A DNA stretch of 51,045 nt, the filler included, from Dirinaria sp. TL-2023a (Eukaryota): the NCBI GenBank assembly GCA_051941275.1. It is 3 parts of 3 records of this genome, joined end to end, with 100 filler letters (N's around TTAATTAATTAA, not from the genome) between each part and the next. Parts side by side here need not be neighbours in the genome. Positions count along the whole stretch, not along the records: positions 17,069 to 34,026 come from JAVEBF010000463.1; positions 34,127 to 51,045 come from JAVEBF010000464.1; 1 more part is not named here. One strand, 5' to 3'. The number at the start of each line of letters is the position of its first letter. The stretch's first letter is position 1. Position numbers and translations under genes: made by a program. Under the pieces are notes generated by a model. That model was not told the DNA's origin. It ran no database searches and saw only the letters and a list, made by a program, of their open reading frames with translations. Shown here piece by piece: positions 24,398 to 35,683 of this stretch.

Positions 24398-25390
24398 ACA
24401 GATATAATTCTCAAAATACAGTACTCTTGAACTAATTTAATCAGCAAGCGATAGGGTAAGGTAGTTGCGAGCCCCTAAGAGGATTTCTTAGTAAACGTCG
24501 ATCTAAATCTGAAGCAGCAGTGTGAATGTATTGTTCACATCCTAGGAACACTTTGATTCAACAGCATCCATGAAAATATTTGAGTCTTCAACACAATTTG
24601 AATATTACTTTAAAGGGGAAGCGCTGAACAGGCCATATTCGACGAAAACCTGAGGATTGAAGTGCCACAGAAACTTCAGTTCGCCATACTGGAAAATGTT
24701 GTCCAGTAGCACTGCTGAATTCTCTTTGCTGACGATGATGGAAGACTCGGTTTCGTAGCAGACTGCAGAGAACAGGTCTATGGAAACATTCAATTATGAC
24801 CTATTGTAATGTTCGGACATCTTAATCATAATGAGAGACACGCTGTACAAGTACAGGTGTTTGGCATTCTTCGGTGGAAGAAGGAAGGGAATACTATAAG
24901 CGTATCTTACCTGTGAGCAACGCTGGCAGAAGTCCACGTGGGGCAGTAGTCATTAAACCATCAATCACCCAACGAGGGTTCTTTTAAGAGGTGAACTTCG
25001 ATGTCAATTGTGCGCAAGCAAGGTGAAAAAGCTTCTTGAATGTAGAATGGTCCATGGTCAAGATCCATCTCACAATAAGCCCAGAACTAGCACAGCCGTG
25101 GCTGATGATCATCCTCGAAACGTTCTGAAATCTTTCAGTTTAGTGCATTCTGAACACGCCGCCGCGACTATGCCGTCAACCATCGAAGCTTGTTCTCTAT
25201 CTACCTGATCCACAATCGCAGAGTCGTTCATCATTAGACCAAAATTGTGTCGAGACTGGGTACCGAAAATAATGTATCATAGATAGACAGGCTCGCTTTC
25301 AAAACTCTCATATTTCTAACCCTAGTTGGCTGCGAAGAAAACACGAAGACCCTGTTGTGATTATTCGCAACAGACCCAAATGCTTTCCAC

Positions 25391-28106
25391 ATGCCGTCCA
25401 AGCTGGCAGAACCACAGTATGCTCAAGCACTATACGAGTCCATACGCGATGGCAATTACCCTGAATCAGAGGACGCTATCTCGGCGACCTTGCCCACAAC
25501 AGCGATACCTGGTGTCTTGAAGCTACTCAAGCAAGCTCGGGAAGACGTAAAGGTTCGCTTCCTGCAATTGATATGATGTTCTATCCTCACTATAACCTGC
25601 AGGCCGATATCAGAGAGAATAGTAAGGATAGCGCCCTAGACATCGACGGCTGGATTCTTCAAGCAAAGCAGCTACGCAGTGATATTGAGGCTTCCCACCA
25701 AGCATCGAAACAAATTATCGAGGACACTGTTGCAGGGGATCATCTTCAAGATGAGATTCGAGATGCCTCTGCCAAAGTGGGCCTACTCAAGGAGGAAGTG
25801 TTGTTTACCGAAACATTGATAGCGGTCTATGAACGCATCGATCGGATACGAAAGAGGCTAGACGAGGTTCAGGACAGTATGCTGCGAGAGGAATCAGACC
25901 AGGCGATCGAAGGGCTTGTTGCTGCGGAGAATGAACTTCGCACTCTCACCCCTAGCCCAACTACCCGTGTTACCAGTCTTCTAAGAACGAAGCTTTCGCG
26001 ACTTCACGAAGATGCTACGGCACGTATGCTGGAGTACTGGAGATCCATGGTGTACTTCGATTCGCTCACGGCTTCGTTCAATATCAAACATCAGCTTCAT
26101 GGTAAGTGCAATCCTGAATTCGAGAAACTCAATGCTAATGGGCCAATACTCCTCAGCGATTGGATTAAATACACTTGTTGAGGCTTTGCATAAGTTAGGT
26201 CTTGTCGACGATATAATCTCAACCTTTTGTAAAGATATTGAGCGCGCAGTTCTTAGACCCTGCGTACGGCTTACGGCCAATGGAGATCTCCCTCTTTTAA
26301 ACGTCGATGGAGGTAAACTTTGTCTTTCCGGTACATCAGCAGATGGAAGGATTGAAGATGTATTTGCCCGCCTGCAAGACATTATGGAATATCTCCATGC
26401 AAATCTGCCAGCATTATTGTTAGCTAGAGTACCTAGGATACTATCACCCCTATTTATTTCTTCCATTGAAGCAACTTGGCTATCGTTTGCCGTTCCAGCA
26501 GATGTGGAAGGGCTCAGGGGTTTCCAAAGTACAAAGCAATCAGTGCTACAGTTCGCTGATATCTTAGAGCGGTATCAGTGGCCTGGGAAAGCCAGCCTTG
26601 TGAGTTGGACGAAAGATATACCTCGGCAGTGGTTGAATAAATATCAAGAAGCGGCTCTAGATAAAGTCAGAGCAGCCTTGGCCGGCGGGCTTTCAGAGGT
26701 AGAGACCGTTGAGCGGGTGGAAACCCAGCTTCTATCGAAGAAGGAGGATTTGTTCGCCAGTGCGGATGCAAATGACAATTGGAATGCAGAGTGGTCAGAT
26801 GAAGAACAGCCTTCTCATCCTCAAGAACCAAACCTCACTAAGATATCTCAACCCTTTGATGAAATCCATGGCGAAGAAGACGTTAGCGCCTGGGGTTTAG
26901 ATGAAGATCTAAACGACCATAACCGCAAACCAGTCGGGGAAAGTGCAGTCGATGACAGCGAGGATGCCGATGCATGGGGTTGGGGCGAGGACGACGACGA
27001 TGAAGATGAAGAAGAAGGTCAAACTGCCTCCGCAGAATCTAGACAGGGCAGGATTGTCGGTCCAAAACAGCAAAAGACTAACGGCGTCGGTGAGCGAGCA
27101 CATAGCACTGAACGAGAAATTACTTTGAAAGAGACCTACAATATTACATCTCTTCCGAAGGGCATCTTCAGCATTATTGTTCAGGCATTGTCCGATGCAG
27201 AAACAGTTGTGAGTTTGAGGTATGTACACTCTCATTCTACAGGGGGACTTTTGCTGAAAATTAGCGCCCAGCTATAACGGAATACCCATTTCATCCGCAT
27301 CCACAGGTCTCCTTGCGTTACCCCGACTTGTCTTGACCATGTACAGAGCAGGCGCACCACCGTGCTACTCATTCCATGTTAGCGGCAATATGTTCCTTTA
27401 CAATGACAGCCTCTGGCTCGCTGGGCGCCTCGAAGAGTACGTAAGCCAGAATACCCATGCCAGTACTCAGCTTCCAACCGATGTCTCCGCGCTCCTATCG
27501 TTCGGAAAACGTGCCTATGGGAGAGAGATGGAGTCGCAAAGGACGATTCTAAGCGATCTGCTCGACGGAGCCCAAGGTTTCTCGAACTGCACAATGGCGC
27601 CGTTTGCGCAAGAATGCGATCTGGCCGTCAGCTCGGTCATCGACCGTCTGCGTGAGGTTTACCGGCAGTGGCAAGTTGTGTTGTCACACTCTGCCTTGTT
27701 GCAATCCATTGGATCTTTATTCTCGACAGCAATCAATAAGGTCATTGTCGATATCGAGGATATGTCCAACATCTCTGAACCCGAATCCCAGCGACTAGCG
27801 GCCTTCTGCAATAAACTGGCCGCCCTCGAGGATCTATTCTTGCCCCAGCAAGCGACTGAGGCCGCGAAAGCGACGCAGACTGCTATGCCATTGACGGCCG
27901 TGTACACTCCAGGCTGGCTGAAGTTCCAATATCTGGCCAATATTTTAGAAAGCTCGTTGGTAGATATCAAATACCTATGGGAAGAAGGGGAACTGGGCCT
28001 AGAATTCGAAGCTGATGAGGTAGTGGAGCTGATCGAAGCACTTTTCGCGGACACGGAGCACCGGAGGAGGGCTATCGGAGACATCAGAAGAGCTGCCGGT
28101 AGTTGA
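25391..28106 (+). CDS. Zw10/Dsl1-family ER retrograde tethering protein (4 exons)
   Basis: Acidic Trp-containing lasso region (DNWNAEWSDEE, VSAWGLDED, DAWGWGEDDD) and C-terminus NMFLYND...WLKFQYLANILESSL...LIEALFADTEHRRRAI. Introns 25553-25602, 26102-26156, 27220-27271. Confidence 0.85.
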
Positions 28107-28929
28107 GCAAAATTTGATATAGCATTTTTACGGAATTGGCCTCCAATACACCAAGCTCGCAAGTGGCAATAGTGTGATCGATCATCGTCGTGCGGATGAT
28201 TCGCTCTACCCTATCATGAGAAGGCTTGTGCCAAAGGCAGTTTAAAACAGCCTCTAATGTCACATATGAGGTACACGAAACCATGAAGCGGAGGCGAGGT
28301 GATGTTGCCCGTCATACTTGTTAGTTAGTACTCGTACCTCATGTAATCTTTCCTTAAGGTACTGTGAGAACTGGGCCTCTTTGGAGAATCATTAATATCT
28401 AGGGTTGGAAGGGGGTTATGGTAGATGAAAACCCAGTTCACGAAACAAAAAGTCCTGCAGCTGACCAGGAAGTTAACGAAGTTATTGCTTGCGATCTAAT
28501 CCCGGTAGTTCAAAGTAAGTGGCATATCAGCATGTCTATTTTTTCTGAGTAGTCACTTCACTGTGCTCCTCCATGGTTCAGCCGGCACGTTGCACTTGGG
28601 AAGGCCCATCGCTGTCGCCTCCTACAGTTACTCCGTCGACAAATACTCGCTCGAGTTCGAAGCTCCAAGTGAGTAGGAACGTCAAACCTCTGTTTCGGAA
28701 CGGTTGAGATAATAAGTTGGTTTCGTTGTTGCAAGGGACCATCCATGATATTCGGTGGGAGCTGGTCACGCCCGCAATATCAGGTCTGCGTGACCGATCT
28801 CCTCCCGGCACAGACTCGCTCACGTTTCGGGGACCATGAGCTTCAGGAGACCCTGGCAATAAAACAACCGTCACGCTTCCAGTCGACCTCAAGAAGTCTT
28901 TAAAGAGTTGACTCATCAATACGTTCTCA

Positions 28930-31350
28930 ATGTCCAGTCAACGACATTCCTCATCTCCCTCACGACCACGTCCTGTCCCCGCCGCTTCCTCTCCAGGACC
29001 GCCTCGAGGTCGGATACCTGCACCAGACTCCTTTTCGAGAGCCTCATCCATCGCTCGTCTCCAATCCTCCCCAAATGCCTCGGGTAGTGGCCTCACGTCG
29101 CGACAAGCCCCAACACCTGGCCAGGCGAATGGAGACACAGATACACCGCTTGCAGGTGCTGAAGGCCCTGGATCAATGTCAGGTCCAGGTCAGTCGGCCC
29201 TCGCAGCTGCGTTGCAAAGCACTTACGGAAGAAGTCCGCCGAGATTTGGTACACCGCCAAGGTTGGAGACAAGTCATCTGCGGTCAAAGTCGCCACCGGG
29301 TGCAGGTGCTCTATACTCGAAGAGCGGACCGCAGAGTACATACGGTTCTTTCGAAAGTCGAACCGTGCAAGGCTCGCAAGCCTTGCCTTCGGCGCCTAAT
29401 GAGAATCCAGAGATCGTGAAGAGACATTTAGTGCAGCCACATAATCCAGATGCGACACACGAACGAGGCCCGCCGAGTCATAAGCCTTCAACATCCAGCT
29501 TGGGTCGCTCAAGGCAGGTGGTAGATGTCGCGGGAATGGGGGAAGACGAATTCTCAAGTCTGCAGTTACAGGGTGGAGATATGACTCGCGAGGTTTATCG
29601 GTGGACCGAAGAAGCCGAGTCTCAATCCGTGCTGGGACGGCGAGGGAAACGCAGCAGAAGCTTCGATGTCTCCCGGCCCGAACCCGAGGAGGATGAGTTG
29701 GATATCAGCTCGATTAAAGTTCCGGGCGGTTTCAGGAGAAACTATTTGATCAGGAAGGCTCCCAGTCCTTCCGCGGAGGGCGGGAGAAGTCTACAAGACA
29801 CCAGCCGTCCAATATCATCTCCTAGACCACGGCCTCGGCTGCTTACCAAAAGTTTCATTGAATTTTTAACCGTCTATGGTCATTTCGCGGGAGAAGAGTT
29901 GGAGGAAGACGACGAGGACTTTATGGCTGGTGGATATAGTGCTTCGCATTCTTATGGTGGCACAGATTATTTCGGCGCCGGGGGCAGCGACGAAGAGGAG
30001 GCTGGGGCCGGCGAAGGCAGTGCCTTGCTAACGCCCGGTACACCTGGACGCCGAAAGAGGAAAACCAAAGTGCAAGGGTCTGGGGGAGAAAACACGCCTT
30101 TCGGGGCTGCGTTGCTCTTATTAAAATCGTTCGTCGGCACAGGTGTGCTTTTCCTGCCCAAAGCGTACCTGAATGGTGGCATGATGTTCAGTAACGTTGT
30201 CTTGTTGGGTGTGGCCATATTGAGCTACCACTGCTTTGTCCTGCTGGTCAATACCCGCCTTAAGATCGAGGGTTCGTTTGGCGATATTGGCGGTATCCTC
30301 TATGGTCGATGGCTGCGAGTCTTGATCCTCTCTTCGGTTGCACTTAGCCAGATCGGATTCGTCTCCGCCTATATTGTCTTTACTTCAGAGAACCTTCAGG
30401 CCTTTGTTCTCGCAGTTTCACGTTGCCGACAGTGGATAGACATCAAGGTAATGGTTCTTATGCAGCTCATCGTCTTCTTACCGCTTTCGTTGATCAGAGA
30501 CATCGGCAAGTTGGGTGGGACTGCACTAATCGCGGACTTTTTCATCCTTCTGGGTCTTGTGTACCTTTGCTACTACGACATCTTCACGCTGACTCGGAAT
30601 CACGGTGTTGCTGACATCGTTAATTTCAACGCCCGCGATTGGACCCTTTTCATTGGCACCGCAATTTTCACGTTTGAGGGTGTAGGCTTGATCATTCCGA
30701 TTCAGGAGTCGATGAAAAAGCCTTCTGACTTCCCACGCGTCCTGGCCGGCGTGATGATTATTATATCAATTGTCTTCATTGGCATGGGCGCATTGTCGTA
30801 TGCAGCATTTGGGTCGTCGACAAAAACGGTGATCCTGCTCAACCTGCCTCAAGATAACAAGTTTGTCAACGCAGTCCAATTCCTCTATTCCCTCGCCATT
30901 CTACTGTCTACGCCGTTGCAGCTTTTCCCGGCCATTAGAATTATAGAAACTGGGCTCTTTACCCGCAGTGGCAAGTTCAATCCTTACATCAAGTGGAAGA
31001 AGAACGTGTTTCGCTTCATACTGGTGGTCTTGTGTGCTTTGATCGCCTGGGGGGGAGCAGGCGACCTGGACAAGTTCGTGGCTCTGGTTGGGAGCTTCGC
31101 TTGCGTGCCCTTGGTCTACGTATACCCAGTGAGTTTTCCTGCAATCATTGCGGGAACTTCGATTTGGCTAATCACCAGTGTAAAGCCTCTCCTCCACCTC
31201 AAAGCGGTCGCAACACGAGGCTGGCAGCGCGCAACAGATATCGCTCTTTGCTGCTTTGGGGTTGTGGTAATGGTTTACACAACCGCACTTACCATTCGGA
31301 GCTGGGCAGGGGGTAACAGTGCAAAGTCACCAGGGTACTGTGACAAATGA
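28930..31350 (+). CDS. AVT3: Vacuolar amino acid transporter (AAAP family)
   Basis: LQLQGGDMTREVYRW, PGGFRRNY, YGHFAGE, LLLKSFVGTGVLFLP and multiple TM helices. Probable in-frame intron at 31129..31185. Confidence 0.9.
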   Translation: MSSQRHSSSPSRPRPVPAASSPGPPRGRIPAPDSFSRASSIARLQSSPNASGSGLTSRQAPTPGQANGDTDTPLAGAEGPGSMSGPGQSALAAALQSTYGRSPPRFGTPPRLETSHLRSKSPPGAGALYSKSGPQSTYGSFESRTVQGSQALPSAPNENPEIVKRHLVQPHNPDATHERGPPSHKPSTSSLGRSRQVVDVAGMGEDEFSSLQLQGGDMTREVYRWTEEAESQSVLGRRGKRSRSFDVSRPEPEEDELDISSIKVPGGFRRNYLIRKAPSPSAEGGRSLQDTSRPISSPRPRPRLLTKSFIEFLTVYGHFAGEELEEDDEDFMAGGYSASHSYGGTDYFGAGGSDEEEAGAGEGSALLTPGTPGRRKRKTKVQGSGGENTPFGAALLLLKSFVGTGVLFLPKAYLNGGMMFSNVVLLGVAILSYHCFVLLVNTRLKIEGSFGDIGGILYGRWLRVLILSSVALSQIGFVSAYIVFTSENLQAFVLAVSRCRQWIDIKVMVLMQLIVFLPLSLIRDIGKLGGTALIADFFILLGLVYLCYYDIFTLTRNHGVADIVNFNARDWTLFIGTAIFTFEGVGLIIPIQESMKKPSDFPRVLAGVMIIISIVFIGMGALSYAAFGSSTKTVILLNLPQDNKFVNAVQFLYSLAILLSTPLQLFPAIRIIETGLFTRSGKFNPYIKWKKNVFRFILVVLCALIAWGGAGDLDKFVALVGSFACVPLVYVYPVSFPAIIAGTSIWLITSVKPLLHLKAVATRGWQRATDIALCCFGVVVMVYTTALTIRSWAGGNSAKSPGYCDK

Positions 31351-31738
31351 GCATCTGCAGTGAAGGGCTTCGAGTACTGTTACGACTTTAACGGCCGTTG
31401 GTTTTCTTTATTTGGCATAGCGTAGGTGGCATAGCCATACACCATAGCAGTCTTGGATCAAGGTCTGTAGAAAGGAAGGTGAGCGGTACTGCTCCGTTCT
31501 GAGGAGCTACAAATTGGAGGTTTCTGTTCATCGCTTCCGCCACATTACAGTAGACTTCAGTCCGCATTAGAATCGTGTTTTGGGATCGAGATTGTGATCA
31601 TTGTGAATACTACAGACACCGCTGCCGGTATCTTAAAATGAACTTGATCCTGTACATGCCATTGATTTTGACGGTTGCTGCGTATATAGTGTAGCTAGTA
31701 CTCGAACTTGCGTTGCTAGATATCTCATGCTTTCGGTA

Positions 31739-33420
31739 TCAGCGCCCCTCGAATGCTTCTCGCGCGGCAACACTGAAGCATAGCGCAGGATCAACCCTTT
31801 TCAGCTCGGGCTCTCGCATACATGCCAGGGCCGCCAAACCGAGGTAGGAGTGCATGATATCTGTCAGAAGTGCGTCCATCAGTACTTGGGAGCTTATGGC
31901 TATCGGTCGCTGCCAGTTGGATAGATCGTGTAAAGAAAAACTCCCTTTTAAAATGCGGTTGTTCCTTTTTACTTCGAAAGAAGGTTCGAATGAGAGGATG
32001 TAATCCCTCTCGTCCGCTTCTCAGAAATGGACAGCGTTACGTACCTGGTGGATCCCCAGGCAGCTTTCCAAACCCGCCGATAAGATGCTGCGTCTTGTCG
32101 AGAAGGTATCGCCGGTTGGCGTTGAAGTCCATAAGATGAACTTGGTTCAATATCTAGCACGTACAGTTCCATCAACTACAGCGGTCGAAAATGTGCTGCT
32201 GCATTGTGCCACTGGAAATTACATATTCTACATGTAGGAGAGGGGATTACGTACCGCCAGCGTCCCCCCAGCCCAGAATGAGTAGCAAGTATCCGCTACC
32301 TTGTTGCACCTTCCATTGAAGCCAGCCCATAACAGGTCGTCAGGCGTATATTCAATTGATGGAGTGTCAGAGGACGGGATTTCGGAGGATGAAACCACGG
32401 CTGCCTGGGCGTTGGATGCATCCGGTGCTTCGCTCGGCCCTGGTTCTGTGGCATTCTCGTCCGAAACCTCGTATTCGCCGTCTTCCTGCAAGACCGAGGT
32501 CTGCCGGCTTGTGAGCCAGTGCAAAAGCCGCTGTAGAAGCGAGGACTCCGCAGGACATTCGTGATTGCTTTCATCGTTCGCCCTTTTTGGCGTGGATGGT
32601 AGCTGGTCCAGCAGTGACAGGGCACCGACGCCGCAATAAGTCCAGCCAGCTGAGCGTCGCAATGAGCAATTGGCAGATTTCATCCAGCGGCTGCGACGGG
32701 CAAGTGCGTACCGTGGGCTTCTTGGAATGGCGCGTTTGCAAAGCCGCCTTCGTATGTCTATTGGTCTTGTCTCAACAACTCGATACTTGTCTATGAAGTT
32801 GTAGAACGTACCTGAATGCTTGAGAGGAACCTTACAAGGGTCTTGATCTCTATATCCCCATCCTTGGCCCCGCGCCCATTCCCTGCGGGATGATTCAAGA
32901 TCCGCCTCACTCCAGCAGCGCAGTAGCAGTATCTTACGTCCTGGCCGCCGACAACGCCCCCGTGCTCTCCCAATGCATCTCCAAAACTCCCATCCTCGAG
33001 CTGCAAGCTGCTCATCCACTGGAGGCATTGTTGACGTTTGACCCTTCCAAGATCTTCTCCCAGCACGACGAGGGTCGCAAGCGCAAAGTATGTTGCTGCC
33101 AAATTTGCAGGATCCCAGCACTTGTTCGTTTCATGCCTCAGATGCCCAATACCTGCACCGGTGAAACCTCTGAAGCCACCCTCCGGGTGTTGGCAGCGAT
33201 AAATCCAGTCCGCGTAAGCGGCACGCTCTGCAACGGTGGTGGACGAATGTAGGGCATCGAGGAGGTCGAGAGCGGATATGATGAAGAAGGCGAGAGTCAT
33301 GCGGGTGGAATCGTTGGACTGGTACAGAGTCGGAAGATGCGTTCTAAGGCAGCGGAGCCAATACTTGACATGCCGAGCTTTGTCGAAGCTCGATACAGCC
33401 GGATTGTGCGCTGCGGACAT
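31739..33420 (-). CDS. CDC43: Geranylgeranyltransferase type I beta subunit (5 exons)
   Basis: HVKYWLRCL, DSTRMTLAFF, QTYEGGF...EAHAGWTYC, GFNGRCNKVADTCYSFW, GGFGKLPGDPPDIMHSYLGL. Introns 32758-32811, 32650-32711, 32154-32254, 31861-32044. Confidence 0.92.
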
Positions 33421-33690
33421 GCTGGAGCTGAGACATACCAATATCACGACTTTGAACCACGCTTCCAAGCGGATCGTCAAGGTGTTGCGGGCGGGGTCGA
33501 TTAGTAGGTATCCAAGGTTCTATCATACATGTAAGGAGGTAGGGTTAAATCTGATGCTTGCCGTAGCCGTACGGAGTTAAGAAGGACTACAGTACCTACC
33601 TATCATATCATACAAGATACCTATTTCAAGGATAACTTAGCTACTCTTCCTCCAATTGGTACGAATACCTGTCATCCACAGAATCTCACG

Positions 33691-34026
33691 ATGGCGTTGA
33701 TTTCGGCGGCCAACATGCTACGTTCCATCTCACTCTTTCACCTTACCATTGCATACTTTCTTCTCGTGTCGCCCACCGTCATAGTAGACCAAAACCTAGT
33801 CTTCATCCTCGGTGAAGCTATGAACCTTGTCAGTATAGTTGATGCGGCCTTGCAAATATCGATACTATCCAGTCGCTGATCGTGCTGAAGGCAGCCCCAT
33901 CGTCTACGTTCTCCATCCCCTCGCCGCCCCTCGCTTTCCTCTCAGCAGTACTGACGCTCCTCGGTATCTCCGACTTGACGGCCGTTTCTCTCCCCCAGGA
34001 AGTGTTTTCATACTACTGGTCGTCCC
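33691..34026 (+). CDS. ILM1: Ilm1-family membrane protein, 3'-truncated by assembly gap
   Basis: MALISAANMLRSISLFHLTIAYFLL...DQNLVFILGEAM and LGISDLTAVSLP...YYWSS match the Ilm1 pattern. Intron approx. 33829..33890. Confidence 0.78.
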
Positions 34027-34126
34027 NNNNNNNNNNNNNNNNNNNNNNNNNNNNNNNNNNNNNNNNNNNNTTAATTAATTAANNNNNNNNNNNNNNNNNN
34101 NNNNNNNNNNNNNNNNNNNNNNNNNN
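34027..34126. other. Assembly gap with artificial linker N44-TTAATTAATTAA-N44
   Basis: Same 100-bp construct as at 16969-17068. Confidence 0.97.
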
Positions 34127-34300
34127 TTAGTATTGGTTTCGATGAGATTTGTTGCTGTGGAAACTCGATGGCATGATTACTCTTTTGATTCAATTTTTTT
34201 TGTTTAGATGCGCATCATACAAAGCATACCCAACCCAACCACCCATATAACGTCCCATCGCAACCGACTTTTCCACGTACAGTCCTGTTCGCTCTGACGC

Positions 34301-35683
34301 CTACGAGCTGCCTCCATTATCGATCTGTCCGCACGGCCCATTCCCAATCGTATACCCCGAGTCCGGACCGAACCCGGCGCTGGTCTTGAAAAGCTGACCG
34401 AAGTTCTGCGACGCGTCGCACTGCCCGAGAGTGAAGTAGAAGCATCTGGCTTGGCCCGGGTACTGCGCGAATCCCGTACAACCGGCCGTTTGCTGGCACT
34501 GGACGCAGCACGCCGTGGCGTCGGAGATAGCCGCTTCGTTCGTGGTCGGCGGGGTGCCTGCACCGGCGTAGTAGATTTGGAAGATCCCCTGGTTGCCGTT
34601 CGCGTGGTTGACCACGTTGTTGGCGTCGCACGCGGCATAGACGGTGGAGGAGGCTTGGGTGACCGTGACAGTTTGGGTCGCGGTGGTCGTGGTTGTCGAG
34701 GACGCGGTTTCCGTGGCGGAGAAAGTGAGAGTTGTCGTGGTCGTGGTGCTGGCTGGGGCGGCAACGGAGGTGGTTGTTTCCGTTGCAGTGACGGTCGACT
34801 GTGAAAGTTATGAGAACGTTTTTCTTTTCGGCCGGTGTGCGCCTCCGGGGGGATTTGGAAATGGTCAGACTTACGGTAAGGGTGCTTGTAGCTGTAGGTA
34901 AAGTCGTGGTAACGGTGTTCGTGGCAGTATATATCTTGCTGCTGGTAGTCTTGGCAACGACAAGAGCGCCACAGATCACCGTCTGGGGATATTGATGGAA
35001 CGAGCCCGGTTGCCCGACTGGGGGACATATCGGATTCTTGGCAGCAACCCGCTCTTCAACACGTCGTCCACGAATGGCTGGCGCCGGGATCGCAGCTATC
35101 TCGACGGATCTCTTTTTGGGGACGTAGCCAGGCTCTTGGGCCAAAGGTGTAAAACCAGCCGGAGTGGGCACGGTCGAAGTAGCTACGGAGCTTGTCGAGG
35201 TGGTCGTGCTGGTGGTGTCTGTCGTTATCACGACGGTGGTAGTAGACTTATGAGAACATTAGCCAAAAACAGCGGCATCAAACCCGTAGGTTCAGCAAGA
35301 TCTCGAGAGTGTTATGGAACTCACTGTAGAGGTCAGCGAGTCGGTTTCTGTGAAGGTGTCTGTGGGCGTGGTAACGACGGTCGATGTTGTCTAAGATCGT
35401 CAGCATTGTGAGTCCTATCCTGCAAGAAGGAAGACTTATGTCATACAGTCGATGTGGTCGTACTTGTAGTGGTCTGTGGCGGAGGCGTTATTGTCGAGGT
35501 TGGTGTTGTAGTGAACTTTTTGGTGATTGTGACCGGAACAGTCAAAGCATAGGACGTGGTCTTGACCGAAGTCGATTTCGATCCATATTTAGTGGTGCAG
35601 AGCTTCGCGGTCGAGTATTCATAGGCTTGGGCAGGGAAAGGATGCCCCAAAAGAGCAGTAAGAGCCAGAAGAATGAAATACAT
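34301..35683 (-). CDS. Secreted Thr-rich (mucin-like) protein with Cys-rich C-terminal domain (apple/PAN-like spacing); multi-exon
   Basis: Signal peptide MYFILLALTALLG, Thr/Ser tracts, dibasic PKKR site and C-terminal ACCVQCQQTAGC...C...C...IGNGPCG. Several short GT-AG introns. Confidence 0.75.

Noticed and set aside
24605..25208. Small ORFs between the M16 peptidase and Zw10 genes
   Set aside because: 62-66 aa with no family resemblance; consistent with divergent promoter DNA.
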